DNA of 64,000 nt from IMG/VR virus record IMGVR_UViG_3300027977_000026; one strand, 5' to 3'. This document shows, one piece after another, positions 9,704 to 19,267 of the stretch. How positions within the stretch are numbered: the first letter of the stretch is position 1; each line of letters begins with the position of its first letter. Origin of the DNA: an uncultured virus (IMG/VR IMGVR_UViG_3300027977_000026) (taxonomy: Duplodnaviria > Heunggongvirae > Uroviricota > Caudoviricetes). The notes beneath the pieces are model-generated. The model ran no database searches and was not told where the DNA came from. It saw only the letters and a list, made by a program, of their open reading frames with translations. Both the position numbers and the translations under genes were made by a program.

Positions 9704-12021
9704 ACATTATTTAATGGGTCATGGTTAGTGTAGGCAGATATCACCGTCAAAATGGGGCTCTTGACGTTGTAACTGTTGATAGTGTATATTTTGTGGATAG
9801 CTTCGCTACTAACATTAAAGAAATGATGCACTACATCAGTATCAGTAGCATATGTTGCATCTATGGTGTCGTTTATGTAGAAGGTAACAGAACCACCTCT
9901 TACACCTCTATAATTACCAGAATTTCCCCTGACGGTTAGTTTAGCTACTCCCCCATAGGGTGAATATGGATCAGGTGCATATGGATCAGGTGCATATGGA
10001 TCAGGGTAACTTGATATGACCCCTATGACCCCTCCATAGGGTGAATATGGATCAGGTGCATATGGATCAGGTGCATATGGATCAGGAATAGGATCAGGGT
10101 AATTGTTTCCCCATGCTACAAACTCTGGTTTGGACGGCACAGGCGATATGCTAACAGGGCTTTGCCCATAGGATACAGATGTACTATTAAGAGCTGAGGT
10201 GGATGTTGAACCCGCTCCTGAAGTGCCTGGATATGTTGGAGCAGTTGGATATGTTGTACCAGTAGTCAACGTGAGAACTGGACTTTTGCAGTTAAAATTG
10301 TTGGTTGTATGTATTTCATATGCAGTTCTCTCTTCAACATTGAAGAAGCTATGCACCACATCTGTGTCAGTAGCATATGTTGCATTTATGGATCCGTTCA
10401 AATAGAAGGAAATGGAGCTGCCTTTTATCCCTTTGTAACTACCAGAATTTCCCTTGACTACTAATTTACCCACACCTGCATAAGGTGAGTATGGATTAGG
10501 ATACCCATTCTCCCATGTTATGAATTCTGGCTTTGTTGGTGCAGGTGGGGTGTTGAGATAAAAAGTTCCTGATTTCAAATACACATTTTCTTGTGTAACT
10601 TCGTTCAAATAATATGCTTCAATGGTTCTTGGTGAGGATGTATTGCATGTATTCTCATTCACATAATATTGATTCTTAAATGCAGCATCAAATATCCTGG
10701 CACTCAGTGTGGGTGCACTCCCCACAATGCCAAAATTTGCAAAATTGGCTTGTGGGTTAAATGAAACTGCAGCTAATCCATTGTTTCCGTAAGGTATATC
10801 AGCAGGAATTACTGTAATATCTGACAATACCGCATTCACTGGCAAAGTTGGTACAACTGGACCGCAATATTCAGAGAAAGTAAGTCCAGCACCTTGCACA
10901 TAAGGTGCACCACTAGGATCAATTACTAATCCTGCATTGAATTGTTCCAATTCTTCTCCAGCTGATAAAAATGCTATGTGAGCAACTGGTCCCTCGGAAA
11001 CTATGGTTATGCCCACACAACCAGAGTATGAGTAATCCTCTCGAATATTACAATCTATGGAAATTGTGATGCCTGTGGCTTCTGGGATATTTGCATATGG
11101 TGCCCCACCTTCCACAGTCAACCCAGATCTTGGCAACAAATAAAAATCTTCTCCTCTTGCCAGATAAGCTGTGAGAGGATTTATAGTCACACCTGCACAT
11201 GCCACATACAAGTAATCAGTAGTAGGAGGCTCTATGCCTACTAAATCTGTAGGAGGTATAATCCTGTATCTAAACTCTGTGGGTCTGGCAGTAAGAGGTA
11301 TGGGCTCCACTAGATCAGGCAAAGCGGAAAGAGCAGATAACAAAGACAGGGGCGCTTGTGATAGTAGCAAGTTTGCATAAATTTGCTGCTCTTCTCTGTC
11401 TTCAAAAACCACCACCAAATTATATGTGGGCGACAACATTTGAGTATTCAGCAGTCCCACAGTATCATACAATTCCAGAATACCACATTGATAGCTACAA
11501 AGTGTAAAGTTCAAAGTGGTTATGCAACAATCGGATTTTATTACGCTTATGGAAGGAAAATATGATGTGATATAATTTTTACCTGGATTGTATGTATGCG
11601 AAACAATGGTCAACTTGGGTGATGGTGCAGAAGATATGGGACTGATTGTAGCATCTAAAGCATTCTCTTGTATAGGAGTTCCGTCACCGAAGTTATAGAG
11701 AATTTTTATAATTTTGGATGCTGATTCATCCAAACCACTCAATACAAAATTGACACCTGTTGTACAATACATTTTAACAGGAGATATGCTAACTGTTTCA
11801 AAACATACATCTTGATAACAAATATCATAAAATGGCCCTCCAGAAACAGTACTCGTGTACACAGTAGGTATCAAATCACCACCAAAGGCAGTTAAAGGAT
11901 ACCAAACGTTTATGCCTGAAACAGGATCAACAAATATCCAATGATCCAGTATATTGCACAAGTCATATGCTGATAATACACCTACTGGTGTTCCGGTTAT
12001 GTTAATAGTCCTAGTGTTCAT
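9697..12021 (-). CDS. Virion protein with PKD-like domain, two GAPY modules, duplicated C-terminal domain and PDPYA repeats
   Basis: 774 aa; YNFGDGT..SHTY; two copies of KPEF.W...GNSG.Y.G..G...ATYATDTDVVH.FFNV...KSP. Confidence 0.55.
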   Translation of the reverse strand: MNTRTINITGTPVGVLSAYDLCNILDHWIFVDPVSGINVWYPLTAFGGDLIPTVYTSTVSGGPFYDICYQDVCFETVSISPVKMYCTTGVNFVLSGLDESASKIIKILYNFGDGTPIQENALDATISPISSAPSPKLTIVSHTYNPGKNYITSYFPSISVIKSDCCITTLNFTLCSYQCGILELYDTVGLLNTQMLSPTYNLVVVFEDREEQQIYANLLLSQAPLSLLSALSALPDLVEPIPLTARPTEFRYRIIPPTDLVGIEPPTTDYLYVACAGVTINPLTAYLARGEDFYLLPRSGLTVEGGAPYANIPEATGITISIDCNIREDYSYSGCVGITIVSEGPVAHIAFLSAGEELEQFNAGLVIDPSGAPYVQGAGLTFSEYCGPVVPTLPVNAVLSDITVIPADIPYGNNGLAAVSFNPQANFANFGIVGSAPTLSARIFDAAFKNQYYVNENTCNTSSPRTIEAYYLNEVTQENVYLKSGTFYLNTPPAPTKPEFITWENGYPNPYSPYAGVGKLVVKGNSGSYKGIKGSSISFYLNGSINATYATDTDVVHSFFNVEERTAYEIHTTNNFNCKSPVLTLTTGTTYPTAPTYPGTSGAGSTSTSALNSTSVSYGQSPVSISPVPSKPEFVAWGNNYPDPIPDPYAPDPYAPDPYSPYGGVIGVISSYPDPYAPDPYAPDPYSPYGGVAKLTVRGNSGNYRGVRGGSVTFYINDTIDATYATDTDVVHHFFNVSSEAIHKIYTINSYNVKSPILTVISAYTNHDPLNNVC
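9953..10100 (-). repeat. Nested coding repeats: 15-bp unit (PDPYA) within an 81-bp-period duplicated block
   Basis: ccatagggtgaatatggatcaggtgcatatggatcaggtgcatatggatcagg at about 9953 and 10034. Confidence 0.9.
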
Positions 12022-13946
12022 GGTGAGCTACACAGGGTCACAAGGTATGTATCATTCTTGGTACTGATCACGAACCCACTGTAATCATACAAGGATATTG
12101 GACTGTCTGGTATTGGAATTCTTATAGGAGGCTGTGGATACACACACTCCACATCAAACAATTGCAATTTGCATTTTGTGTCTAAAACTGTGTAAGGTGC
12201 AAGACACGCTGCTGTTGTCTTGTAATTGCCAACTGCTTGACCAAAGAACATGTATTTCTCTATGCCACTGGATAGAGGATAAAGCACGGTGGCTTGTGTG
12301 AAATAACCACCTGTGGTTTTTCTAAAAACATAAGATCTGCCCACATTAGGTATATCTTCAAAGTCTTTATTAGGATCTTTCCACATTTCCCCAGGACTGC
12401 CAATAACACAAATATTATTGTTCAATGATACACTGTTTCCAAAATTACCAGCTGGTGTACTGATGTCGTATATGTATCCTAGTGCCATGACTGCACCCCA
12501 TTGATCTGTTGCTGAATATAAGAAATAATGATACACCTCACCCTGTCCTGGTTCCATGTAACTGATTTTACCACTGTATGGTGCACCAATGATAAGATCT
12601 CTACCTTCCCTGGATAGACTGTATCCGAATCTGGTTATACCAGTTATAGGAGAAAAGATTGTTTGATGAGGTTGGTATCCTAGATTTGGATCAAATTTAA
12701 AAGAATGAACATACTGATTGATATTTCCGAGAAGCATGTAGTCACTGTCTATTTGACAGCTTATGCCCATGCCAACACCAGAAGGCACCATGCTCGAAGT
12801 TATGGTTTGATACAATTTCCATTCGCCCAAACTACTCAAGGGAGCGGAAGTGGTATTGAATCTGTAAATGTATGTTACTGATGAGACTGACTGCAGGTTG
12901 ATACTAACAGCCAAATAATCACCATTTATATCACCACCCACTATCTGACCACTTACAGGCAAATCAAAAGTAAAGGTACGAGCAAATTTAGTGCCCAGAT
13001 AATCATACACTAAAATACTGCATTTATCTAGAGTAGAAACCAGAATCGAATCATTGTCACTTCCTAATATTTTAATACCGTTTGAACTTCTCAAAGTTTG
13101 TTCCAATGAGTACCTCTCTGTATCTGTGGTATAAATTCTTATTTCTCTTTCAGTAGGCACAGCTATCCACTCTGGACCTATTGGCAAAAAAGTAAATGGT
13201 GAATATTCCCCAACATCTATACTCTGGTTACATGTACCGAGTCTTATGTCAGAAGGAGCACCAGGATAACCAGCTACGTTAAAATTTTTCAAGTCAAAAA
13301 CTGTTGTATCACTATCGCTATCTTTGCATCTGGTTATGGCCACTTTGAAGGATCTTCTTATTATTTCCGGCAAGTCATATTCAAATACTGTTACATAATT
13401 ATCGTCATTTCTATTATTTTTAAGCTGCACTAATATCTTTGAACCGGCATGCTTCAATATAACTCTTACAGTTTTATAAGTGACGGGTTGATTGAATGTA
13501 AGATTTTCTGCTATATCGAATGTACTGAGCAATGCATTCCAAGATCTCAAATTAGTGGTTTGATATAGTAGTGAATAATCTGTTAAAATACCACCTCTCA
13601 GGCCAACACTATTTGCATTTGTGGATGATACACCATCAACTCTGGATGTAGCTAGGCTAAATCTACCTTGTGGGTCAAATCCTATGCCAAAATAAGCACC
13701 CAACAATCCTGAAAAACCATTCAAATTGCAGTCAACTGATTCAGTAGATGGGCAATAGCCTAGAGCATATCCTGGTCCCCCTCCACGAGGCAAATCCTTT
13801 ATGCTGTCGTAGAACACCACAGCAAACCCGCCCAAAGGTGGAGCATAGTAATTATACATGGCATAGTCAAAAGAAACCACTATATCATGCTCAGAATCTA
13901 AATCCTGGTCATTGTATATTGCTATATTATTAAGTTCGAAAGCCAT
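12018..13946 (-). CDS. Virion protein with L-type lectin-like N-domain and FG-GAP-like repeats
   Basis: 642 aa; GGFAVVF..GGGPGYALGY..GIGFD..G.F; RFGYSLS..LIIGAP and NFGNSVS..VIGSP; late box at 13951-13958. Confidence 0.55.
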   Translation of the reverse strand: MAFELNNIAIYNDQDLDSEHDIVVSFDYAMYNYYAPPLGGFAVVFYDSIKDLPRGGGPGYALGYCPSTESVDCNLNGFSGLLGAYFGIGFDPQGRFSLATSRVDGVSSTNANSVGLRGGILTDYSLLYQTTNLRSWNALLSTFDIAENLTFNQPVTYKTVRVILKHAGSKILVQLKNNRNDDNYVTVFEYDLPEIIRRSFKVAITRCKDSDSDTTVFDLKNFNVAGYPGAPSDIRLGTCNQSIDVGEYSPFTFLPIGPEWIAVPTEREIRIYTTDTERYSLEQTLRSSNGIKILGSDNDSILVSTLDKCSILVYDYLGTKFARTFTFDLPVSGQIVGGDINGDYLAVSINLQSVSSVTYIYRFNTTSAPLSSLGEWKLYQTITSSMVPSGVGMGISCQIDSDYMLLGNINQYVHSFKFDPNLGYQPHQTIFSPITGITRFGYSLSREGRDLIIGAPYSGKISYMEPGQGEVYHYFLYSATDQWGAVMALGYIYDISTPAGNFGNSVSLNNNICVIGSPGEMWKDPNKDFEDIPNVGRSYVFRKTTGGYFTQATVLYPLSSGIEKYMFFGQAVGNYKTTAACLAPYTVLDTKCKLQLFDVECVYPQPPIRIPIPDSPISLYDYSGFVISTKNDTYLVTLCSSP

Positions 13947-13957
13947 ATATTATTTAA

Positions 13958-16900
13958 CTAAGAAGTGAAATATGCAGAAATAGTCTTGTTACTAGTCATT
14001 CTTACATATACGTCTCCTTGGGTTACAGTTGTTCCAGTGCCTGATCCATATGGTGCACCAGCAGTATTGAGTATTAAGCTGTTGTTAATACGTGCAAATG
14101 CACCACTGGTCAAAATGAAAGCTGTGGAAGGTGAAATTCTAATTCCAGGGCCAGCAACATAGCTGTAAGCATATATATCCCCTTGATAAGCACTCAACTG
14201 GCACGTGCCCACTGTTGTGCTGTAAATTCTGACTATGGTATCGTCATTAAATAAGCTGCTGCAAGTGGCACCACAATTTATACCTGCAGGGATGGACAAT
14301 ACCGTACCACATGCATTTGCAGGTTTCTCTATTGTCAAGGTGTACAATGCACCTGGAATGTAAGCTGCAGTGATGACATAATTTTGTGTCATGTTCAATG
14401 TGCAATTGTCAGCACCAGTGCCACCACATGGGCTGCCATAGAGACCTATGAGGGTGCTAGATCCAAGCCCATATGCAGACAATACAACTACTGATCCACT
14501 CAAAAATTCGTAATAACAGTTGGAGGTGGGTTGATACTGAATGCAATCAATTTCAAACCCATCTGAGAATGCTCTGCCTATGCCTGCACCACTGTTAACA
14601 ATGGTAATGGAATAGACCCCCAAATCAAAATTACCAACTATTGATTCGTTACTATCAACAGTAAATTCACAAACATTCAACAGGCTCGAATCACATACAG
14701 TGCCACCCCAACCGGTGAATCTCCAACCCGGAGCAGGTGTGGCACTCAATGTCACAGGTGTCCTGTCGACAATTATGAATTTTTGAGAACTCATGGTAGA
14801 TGCATCTGTTGTGGGTGTTGTCAGTCTAATCCTGCCAAACTCTATTATGCTGCCTGTTATGGATGCGTTAAAGGTACTGACATTGATCTCTCTGTCATAT
14901 ACTCTGACAAAATTTGCTGTTATTGTAGTATTCTCAGTGACCCTTATCAAGCACTCTGGGGTAGGCACACCCTCACAAGGGCCACCCAGGTAGCCATCAA
15001 ATGCATACCCAGAAGGTGGTGGTACACATGAAATATAAACCAAGGTGTTGGTCAAGTATGTATGATCACACACACCTGGGCAGCTTATGTAACCATCACT
15101 TGTGGCCACCGTAGGTCCAGGTGTGAACAGACTGAGAGTATAGTAAGGCAAAGCGTCAAACACTGCAGTGATGGTTTGATTGTTTGAAACAACAAAACTA
15201 TAATCTAATAACGAAACTACACCTGCAGGTGCTTCCCATCGTGAAAATGTACTATCATATGATGCAGAAGCAATCAAAGTGACTGTAGTGCCATTAATAA
15301 AATTACCAGCACACGAATTACCACAATCCAAGCAAATAGGATCAGCAAAAACCTGTCCAACACCTGTACCAGATTTTACCACTTCTACTTCACTCACCAC
15401 ACTGTTGGTATTGGCACAAAACGGTTCATCCCAATATGCAGCTGGTGGTACAACTTCTACAGATAAAATACTTGGGTCTGGGTAAATAGGCCTCTTCACT
15501 ATTGCATTAATATTTGCAGATAGGGCTCTGCTAAAAGTAAACAATCTAAATTTAATGTCTTGACCTGCAGATAAATTAACACCAAGCAATTCACCAGTAT
15601 CAATGCTGCAATATATCTCTGATGGGGTGAGCTGTGTTGTTGAAATGACTCTGACTTCTGTTGAATTGATATAAGCTGCCAGAAGATTTGAAGAAAAATT
15701 TAAATTATCAATGGATGAGAGGGGGTTGGAGGTATTGGTAACTATAAAATTTTGCTTCAAATTGCTAGCATAGTTCAAGATGGTGCCAGTCAATACATAA
15801 GTGTTAGAATATGACGAAACTGCAATTGTGCGTAGTTCAATTTCCTGGCTAAAACCAGTCACAGGCACATTGTAACTATCCAACAATATTGCATCATTAG
15901 AGGAAAAATTCCATATCAAGTCCTTGCCAGCATTCTTAACAAGAATAGAGTTGCAACCTAAAAACACATTAGCAACACTGTAGCTAGACCAATCAAAATT
16001 GATATAATAGCGTCCAACTCTATTTATAATGCATGGGGTAACACCATCATTGTAAAGATACATTATCTCTGACGAGATGGTTCTACAAGTAGAAAATATA
16101 TTATTATCTTGAGGCTTTTGAAGGTATTCTCTAGTTGCTGTCAATGAAACTTGTTCTGTATACAGGTAAATGCTAACCTCTGTACCAGAGCTCAATTGTC
16201 TAGTTAATGACGGTACAAAGTTAATAGAAATGCCATTTGATGTGACACTACCTGAAACACCATAATAAAGAGTATTGCTTTGAAGATTTTCATTTCCGAA
16301 AAAGCTCACATATCTTTGGTTGGGTGGCAGGTATGTATCTACTATTGGTACACTCAAATTAGTAATCTCGACATTATTGGTACCGCTAACCATAGTAAAC
16401 AATACTGTGCCTGTTAGTAATGGTGTAGTGGAAAGGTTATTCTTATAATATTCAAATATTTTTATTTCACTACCACTCGCACAACTCACCACAAGAGGTG
16501 GCGCAATTAATCCTCTCAGCTTGTAGGTGTTGTCCACATAAGAAGACAGCACCACATAATTAGTACCCCTTAGACTCAGAATATAGTCTGTAAAATATGG
16601 CAACACCGGTACAGATGCAAGTGTAGGTGAAACATCATTGACAATAATACTTGAAGTACCGGCACTGTAAGTATTGAGAAGAGCACCAGAAAGAATGGTC
16701 GCAGAGGCAGATGTGAGCGGTGGTGCGTAGTTTGTAACTGCAACATAAGCAGTGCTTACAAATTCTACTCGAGTATTAAAATTATGAGTGCCCACAAGTC
16801 CAGATACATCGCCTTTGTACATTACTAAAAAGGAGCACACATCATTTGCATAATTATTGTCACAGACATAATAAAAAGGTTTAAACAACAGCGGATTAAA

Positions 16901-19267
16901 ACTCTGTAAATATGGCTCATTTCTTCTGAATTGTTCATTTATTAAGAATGGTATATCATTCTTATTCTTAGCCAAATATGTTATATTGTATAAATCAGTT
17001 TTAGCAGTCTTAGACAAACTTATTCCTTCTATTTTAAATAAATCTATTTGCGGAGGATCAATTAAATCTGCACTTAATGAATAAACACCTGCTAAATTCA
17101 CATCTTGTGAGGGGTACAAAAGCTTTGGATTAATAAAAGTTAACTCAGTCCTGTAGATCTTTGGGTATAAAATTCGATAGTTGGAGCAACTCAAATGTGG
17201 GTGCAGTGATAAAAATGCAAAATATATTACATTTTCATCTTCCGTGTAAAAGTGATTAGCATATTTTTCTAGATAATTACCGATAAAATTACTTTTCTCA
17301 AAGTAAGTGCCTACATTGTCGTTACTCTTTAAAACTAAACTGTCGTAACTATAGCTAAAACTATCTATTACAACAAAATTCTCGGTTTCTATTACAAAAG
17401 TATCATAGTAGAGATTAAATTTTAATATCTTAGAGCTCAACTCATTTGTGACGGTTGATGGATATTTGAAAAACACTGCACTGAGCGCATCAAAGGCAGG
17501 CTTGACTATGTTAGTTAGCCCGTCTCTGAAATATAAAATGCCTTTGGTATTGCTTTTGTCATAAATTCCTTTTCTCTCTATGCTAGGGACACTCCGGTAA
17601 GCGGTGTTACTACCAGGAAATAAACTCTCATCTATTGGAGGAGAACCTGGATCTAATAAAGGCACAACATTTTTATACAGACCAAATTCATTTCCAAATT
17701 TATCAGAACTCCAATCAGTCATGACACCATAATCAATTAATAAAGATTCTTGTCTTTGTTCTAATGGTAGTGATTCTTTGCTCTCTAATCCAGGCCAGAT
17801 ATCTGGATTGGCCCATTGATCTTGAAATTTACCTGTCCAGAATTGAACATTATCTACTGTTCTGCTCAATCCAGTAGAATCTATGTTCAAATCTTGAGAT
17901 AAGCTCTGATACCCATAATAAAGTTGACTGTAACTATTGCTCAAAACATTGCCAAAAGCAAATTGATTAGATTTAGAAACCTTAGAACTGGTAACATCTA
18001 TTAGATAGAAAAATGGCGATAAATTCTGATCAAACTCACTATTGTATGAGGTGTTGCCAATTACATCTGGATCAGGAAAGGCATACACAGAATTTGGTTC
18101 TAAATTTTTAATATCCAAAAAGTTTCTTTTATTAGGTGTACTATGAATTAGCATGCCAAGATGCTGTGGCAAAAAGAATTTACCTATCTCATAGGAGGCG
18201 AATAAAGAGCTAACACTTGGAACAGTTGCAGTGGTTGGAAACTGTCTGTTCAACAGATTTAAAGTGGCAGCACCAGACAACGGCCTTACACTGAATAACA
18301 CACCAGACACATAAGAGGTATTTGTATTGTTTGTACTAAGATAGTAAAAGGTATTGCCCATGTATTTGGGTGCTAATTTTTTAAATAAATTCAACTTCAA
18401 GGAATCTTCTCCACCGCTCAGATAATCTATAAAGTCTCTGTTTCTCAGGTAATTGTATTCAGTCCCTGATAATATAGGATTAATTGTGAAGTTATTAGTA
18501 CCCAAACCTTCAAGCACAAAAGGATATTGTTTAATAGCTGCTATGACACTATTTTTAAAATCAATATATAGATATGAATCAACTGCATTAATATTAGAGG
18601 AACTTAGATTGTTTCTTATGGATGTACCGCTCGTTACATCAACATAACTACTATTTGGATCAATATTAAAATATTTGTCATATGTGTCGTATAGCTCTTC
18701 CACATAGATGGATAAGTTCTGTGCTACTGCTGTGATAGGAGGGAAAGAGCATGTGTTCACACCCACATCCAAAGTATTAGTATCTATAGCATCATAAATT
18801 ACTCTTTTAATTAAATTCTTAACTCCCAATGTACTGCCTTTCATGTTGTGCTGCAAGGGTGCAGACTTCACTAGCTCTCTTTGCTTGTTGTAAAATAAAC
18901 AAACAGCTTTTATCTTTTTAATAAAAAAAGGCAGGATAATATCTAGGTCTTGTGGATCATTAAAATTAGAATTTAAGATATATCTCTTTTCTTCTTCTGT
19001 AGAAAAATTTAAAGTAACATCTCTCAAAACCTGCACATATGAATCTCTTATGATATCTGTAGAATCTTCTTTACTTTTATTCTTTCTTTGCCCCCATGCA
19101 ATAATATATTGTCTGTAAACATCAAATAATTTGTTTAAATCAATATCAGTAAAAGATTTTTGATTGTACCAATCCAAAAATGATAGCGGGGCAAATACAT
19201 CCAAAGCTTCAGTGCTATCATTTAGAATGCTCTTTTCAAACGATAAGTTAGAAGTGATAAAGCTCAT
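13958..19267 (-). CDS. Very large baseplate/adhesin protein with about 5 Cys-containing InlB-B-repeat-like domains at C-terminus
   Basis: 1769 aa; repeats such as VTLSATPAPGWRFTGWGGTVC...C.FTVDSNESIVGNF. Confidence 0.55.
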   Translation of the reverse strand: MSFITSNLSFEKSILNDSTEALDVFAPLSFLDWYNQKSFTDIDLNKLFDVYRQYIIAWGQRKNKSKEDSTDIIRDSYVQVLRDVTLNFSTEEEKRYILNSNFNDPQDLDIILPFFIKKIKAVCLFYNKQRELVKSAPLQHNMKGSTLGVKNLIKRVIYDAIDTNTLDVGVNTCSFPPITAVAQNLSIYVEELYDTYDKYFNIDPNSSYVDVTSGTSIRNNLSSSNINAVDSYLYIDFKNSVIAAIKQYPFVLEGLGTNNFTINPILSGTEYNYLRNRDFIDYLSGGEDSLKLNLFKKLAPKYMGNTFYYLSTNNTNTSYVSGVLFSVRPLSGAATLNLLNRQFPTTATVPSVSSLFASYEIGKFFLPQHLGMLIHSTPNKRNFLDIKNLEPNSVYAFPDPDVIGNTSYNSEFDQNLSPFFYLIDVTSSKVSKSNQFAFGNVLSNSYSQLYYGYQSLSQDLNIDSTGLSRTVDNVQFWTGKFQDQWANPDIWPGLESKESLPLEQRQESLLIDYGVMTDWSSDKFGNEFGLYKNVVPLLDPGSPPIDESLFPGSNTAYRSVPSIERKGIYDKSNTKGILYFRDGLTNIVKPAFDALSAVFFKYPSTVTNELSSKILKFNLYYDTFVIETENFVVIDSFSYSYDSLVLKSNDNVGTYFEKSNFIGNYLEKYANHFYTEDENVIYFAFLSLHPHLSCSNYRILYPKIYRTELTFINPKLLYPSQDVNLAGVYSLSADLIDPPQIDLFKIEGISLSKTAKTDLYNITYLAKNKNDIPFLINEQFRRNEPYLQSFNPLLFKPFYYVCDNNYANDVCSFLVMYKGDVSGLVGTHNFNTRVEFVSTAYVAVTNYAPPLTSASATILSGALLNTYSAGTSSIIVNDVSPTLASVPVLPYFTDYILSLRGTNYVVLSSYVDNTYKLRGLIAPPLVVSCASGSEIKIFEYYKNNLSTTPLLTGTVLFTMVSGTNNVEITNLSVPIVDTYLPPNQRYVSFFGNENLQSNTLYYGVSGSVTSNGISINFVPSLTRQLSSGTEVSIYLYTEQVSLTATREYLQKPQDNNIFSTCRTISSEIMYLYNDGVTPCIINRVGRYYINFDWSSYSVANVFLGCNSILVKNAGKDLIWNFSSNDAILLDSYNVPVTGFSQEIELRTIAVSSYSNTYVLTGTILNYASNLKQNFIVTNTSNPLSSIDNLNFSSNLLAAYINSTEVRVISTTQLTPSEIYCSIDTGELLGVNLSAGQDIKFRLFTFSRALSANINAIVKRPIYPDPSILSVEVVPPAAYWDEPFCANTNSVVSEVEVVKSGTGVGQVFADPICLDCGNSCAGNFINGTTVTLIASASYDSTFSRWEAPAGVVSLLDYSFVVSNNQTITAVFDALPYYTLSLFTPGPTVATSDGYISCPGVCDHTYLTNTLVYISCVPPPSGYAFDGYLGGPCEGVPTPECLIRVTENTTITANFVRVYDREINVSTFNASITGSIIEFGRIRLTTPTTDASTMSSQKFIIVDRTPVTLSATPAPGWRFTGWGGTVCDSSLLNVCEFTVDSNESIVGNFDLGVYSITIVNSGAGIGRAFSDGFEIDCIQYQPTSNCYYEFLSGSVVVLSAYGLGSSTLIGLYGSPCGGTGADNCTLNMTQNYVITAAYIPGALYTLTIEKPANACGTVLSIPAGINCGATCSSLFNDDTIVRIYSTTVGTCQLSAYQGDIYAYSYVAGPGIRISPSTAFILTSGAFARINNSLILNTAGAPYGSGTGTTVTQGDVYVRMTSNKTISAYFTS

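Noticed and set aside
9730..10550. Duplicated domain as DGR template/variable repeat
   Set aside because: Both copies are in one ORF, differences are not adenine-specific, and no reverse transcriptase is present
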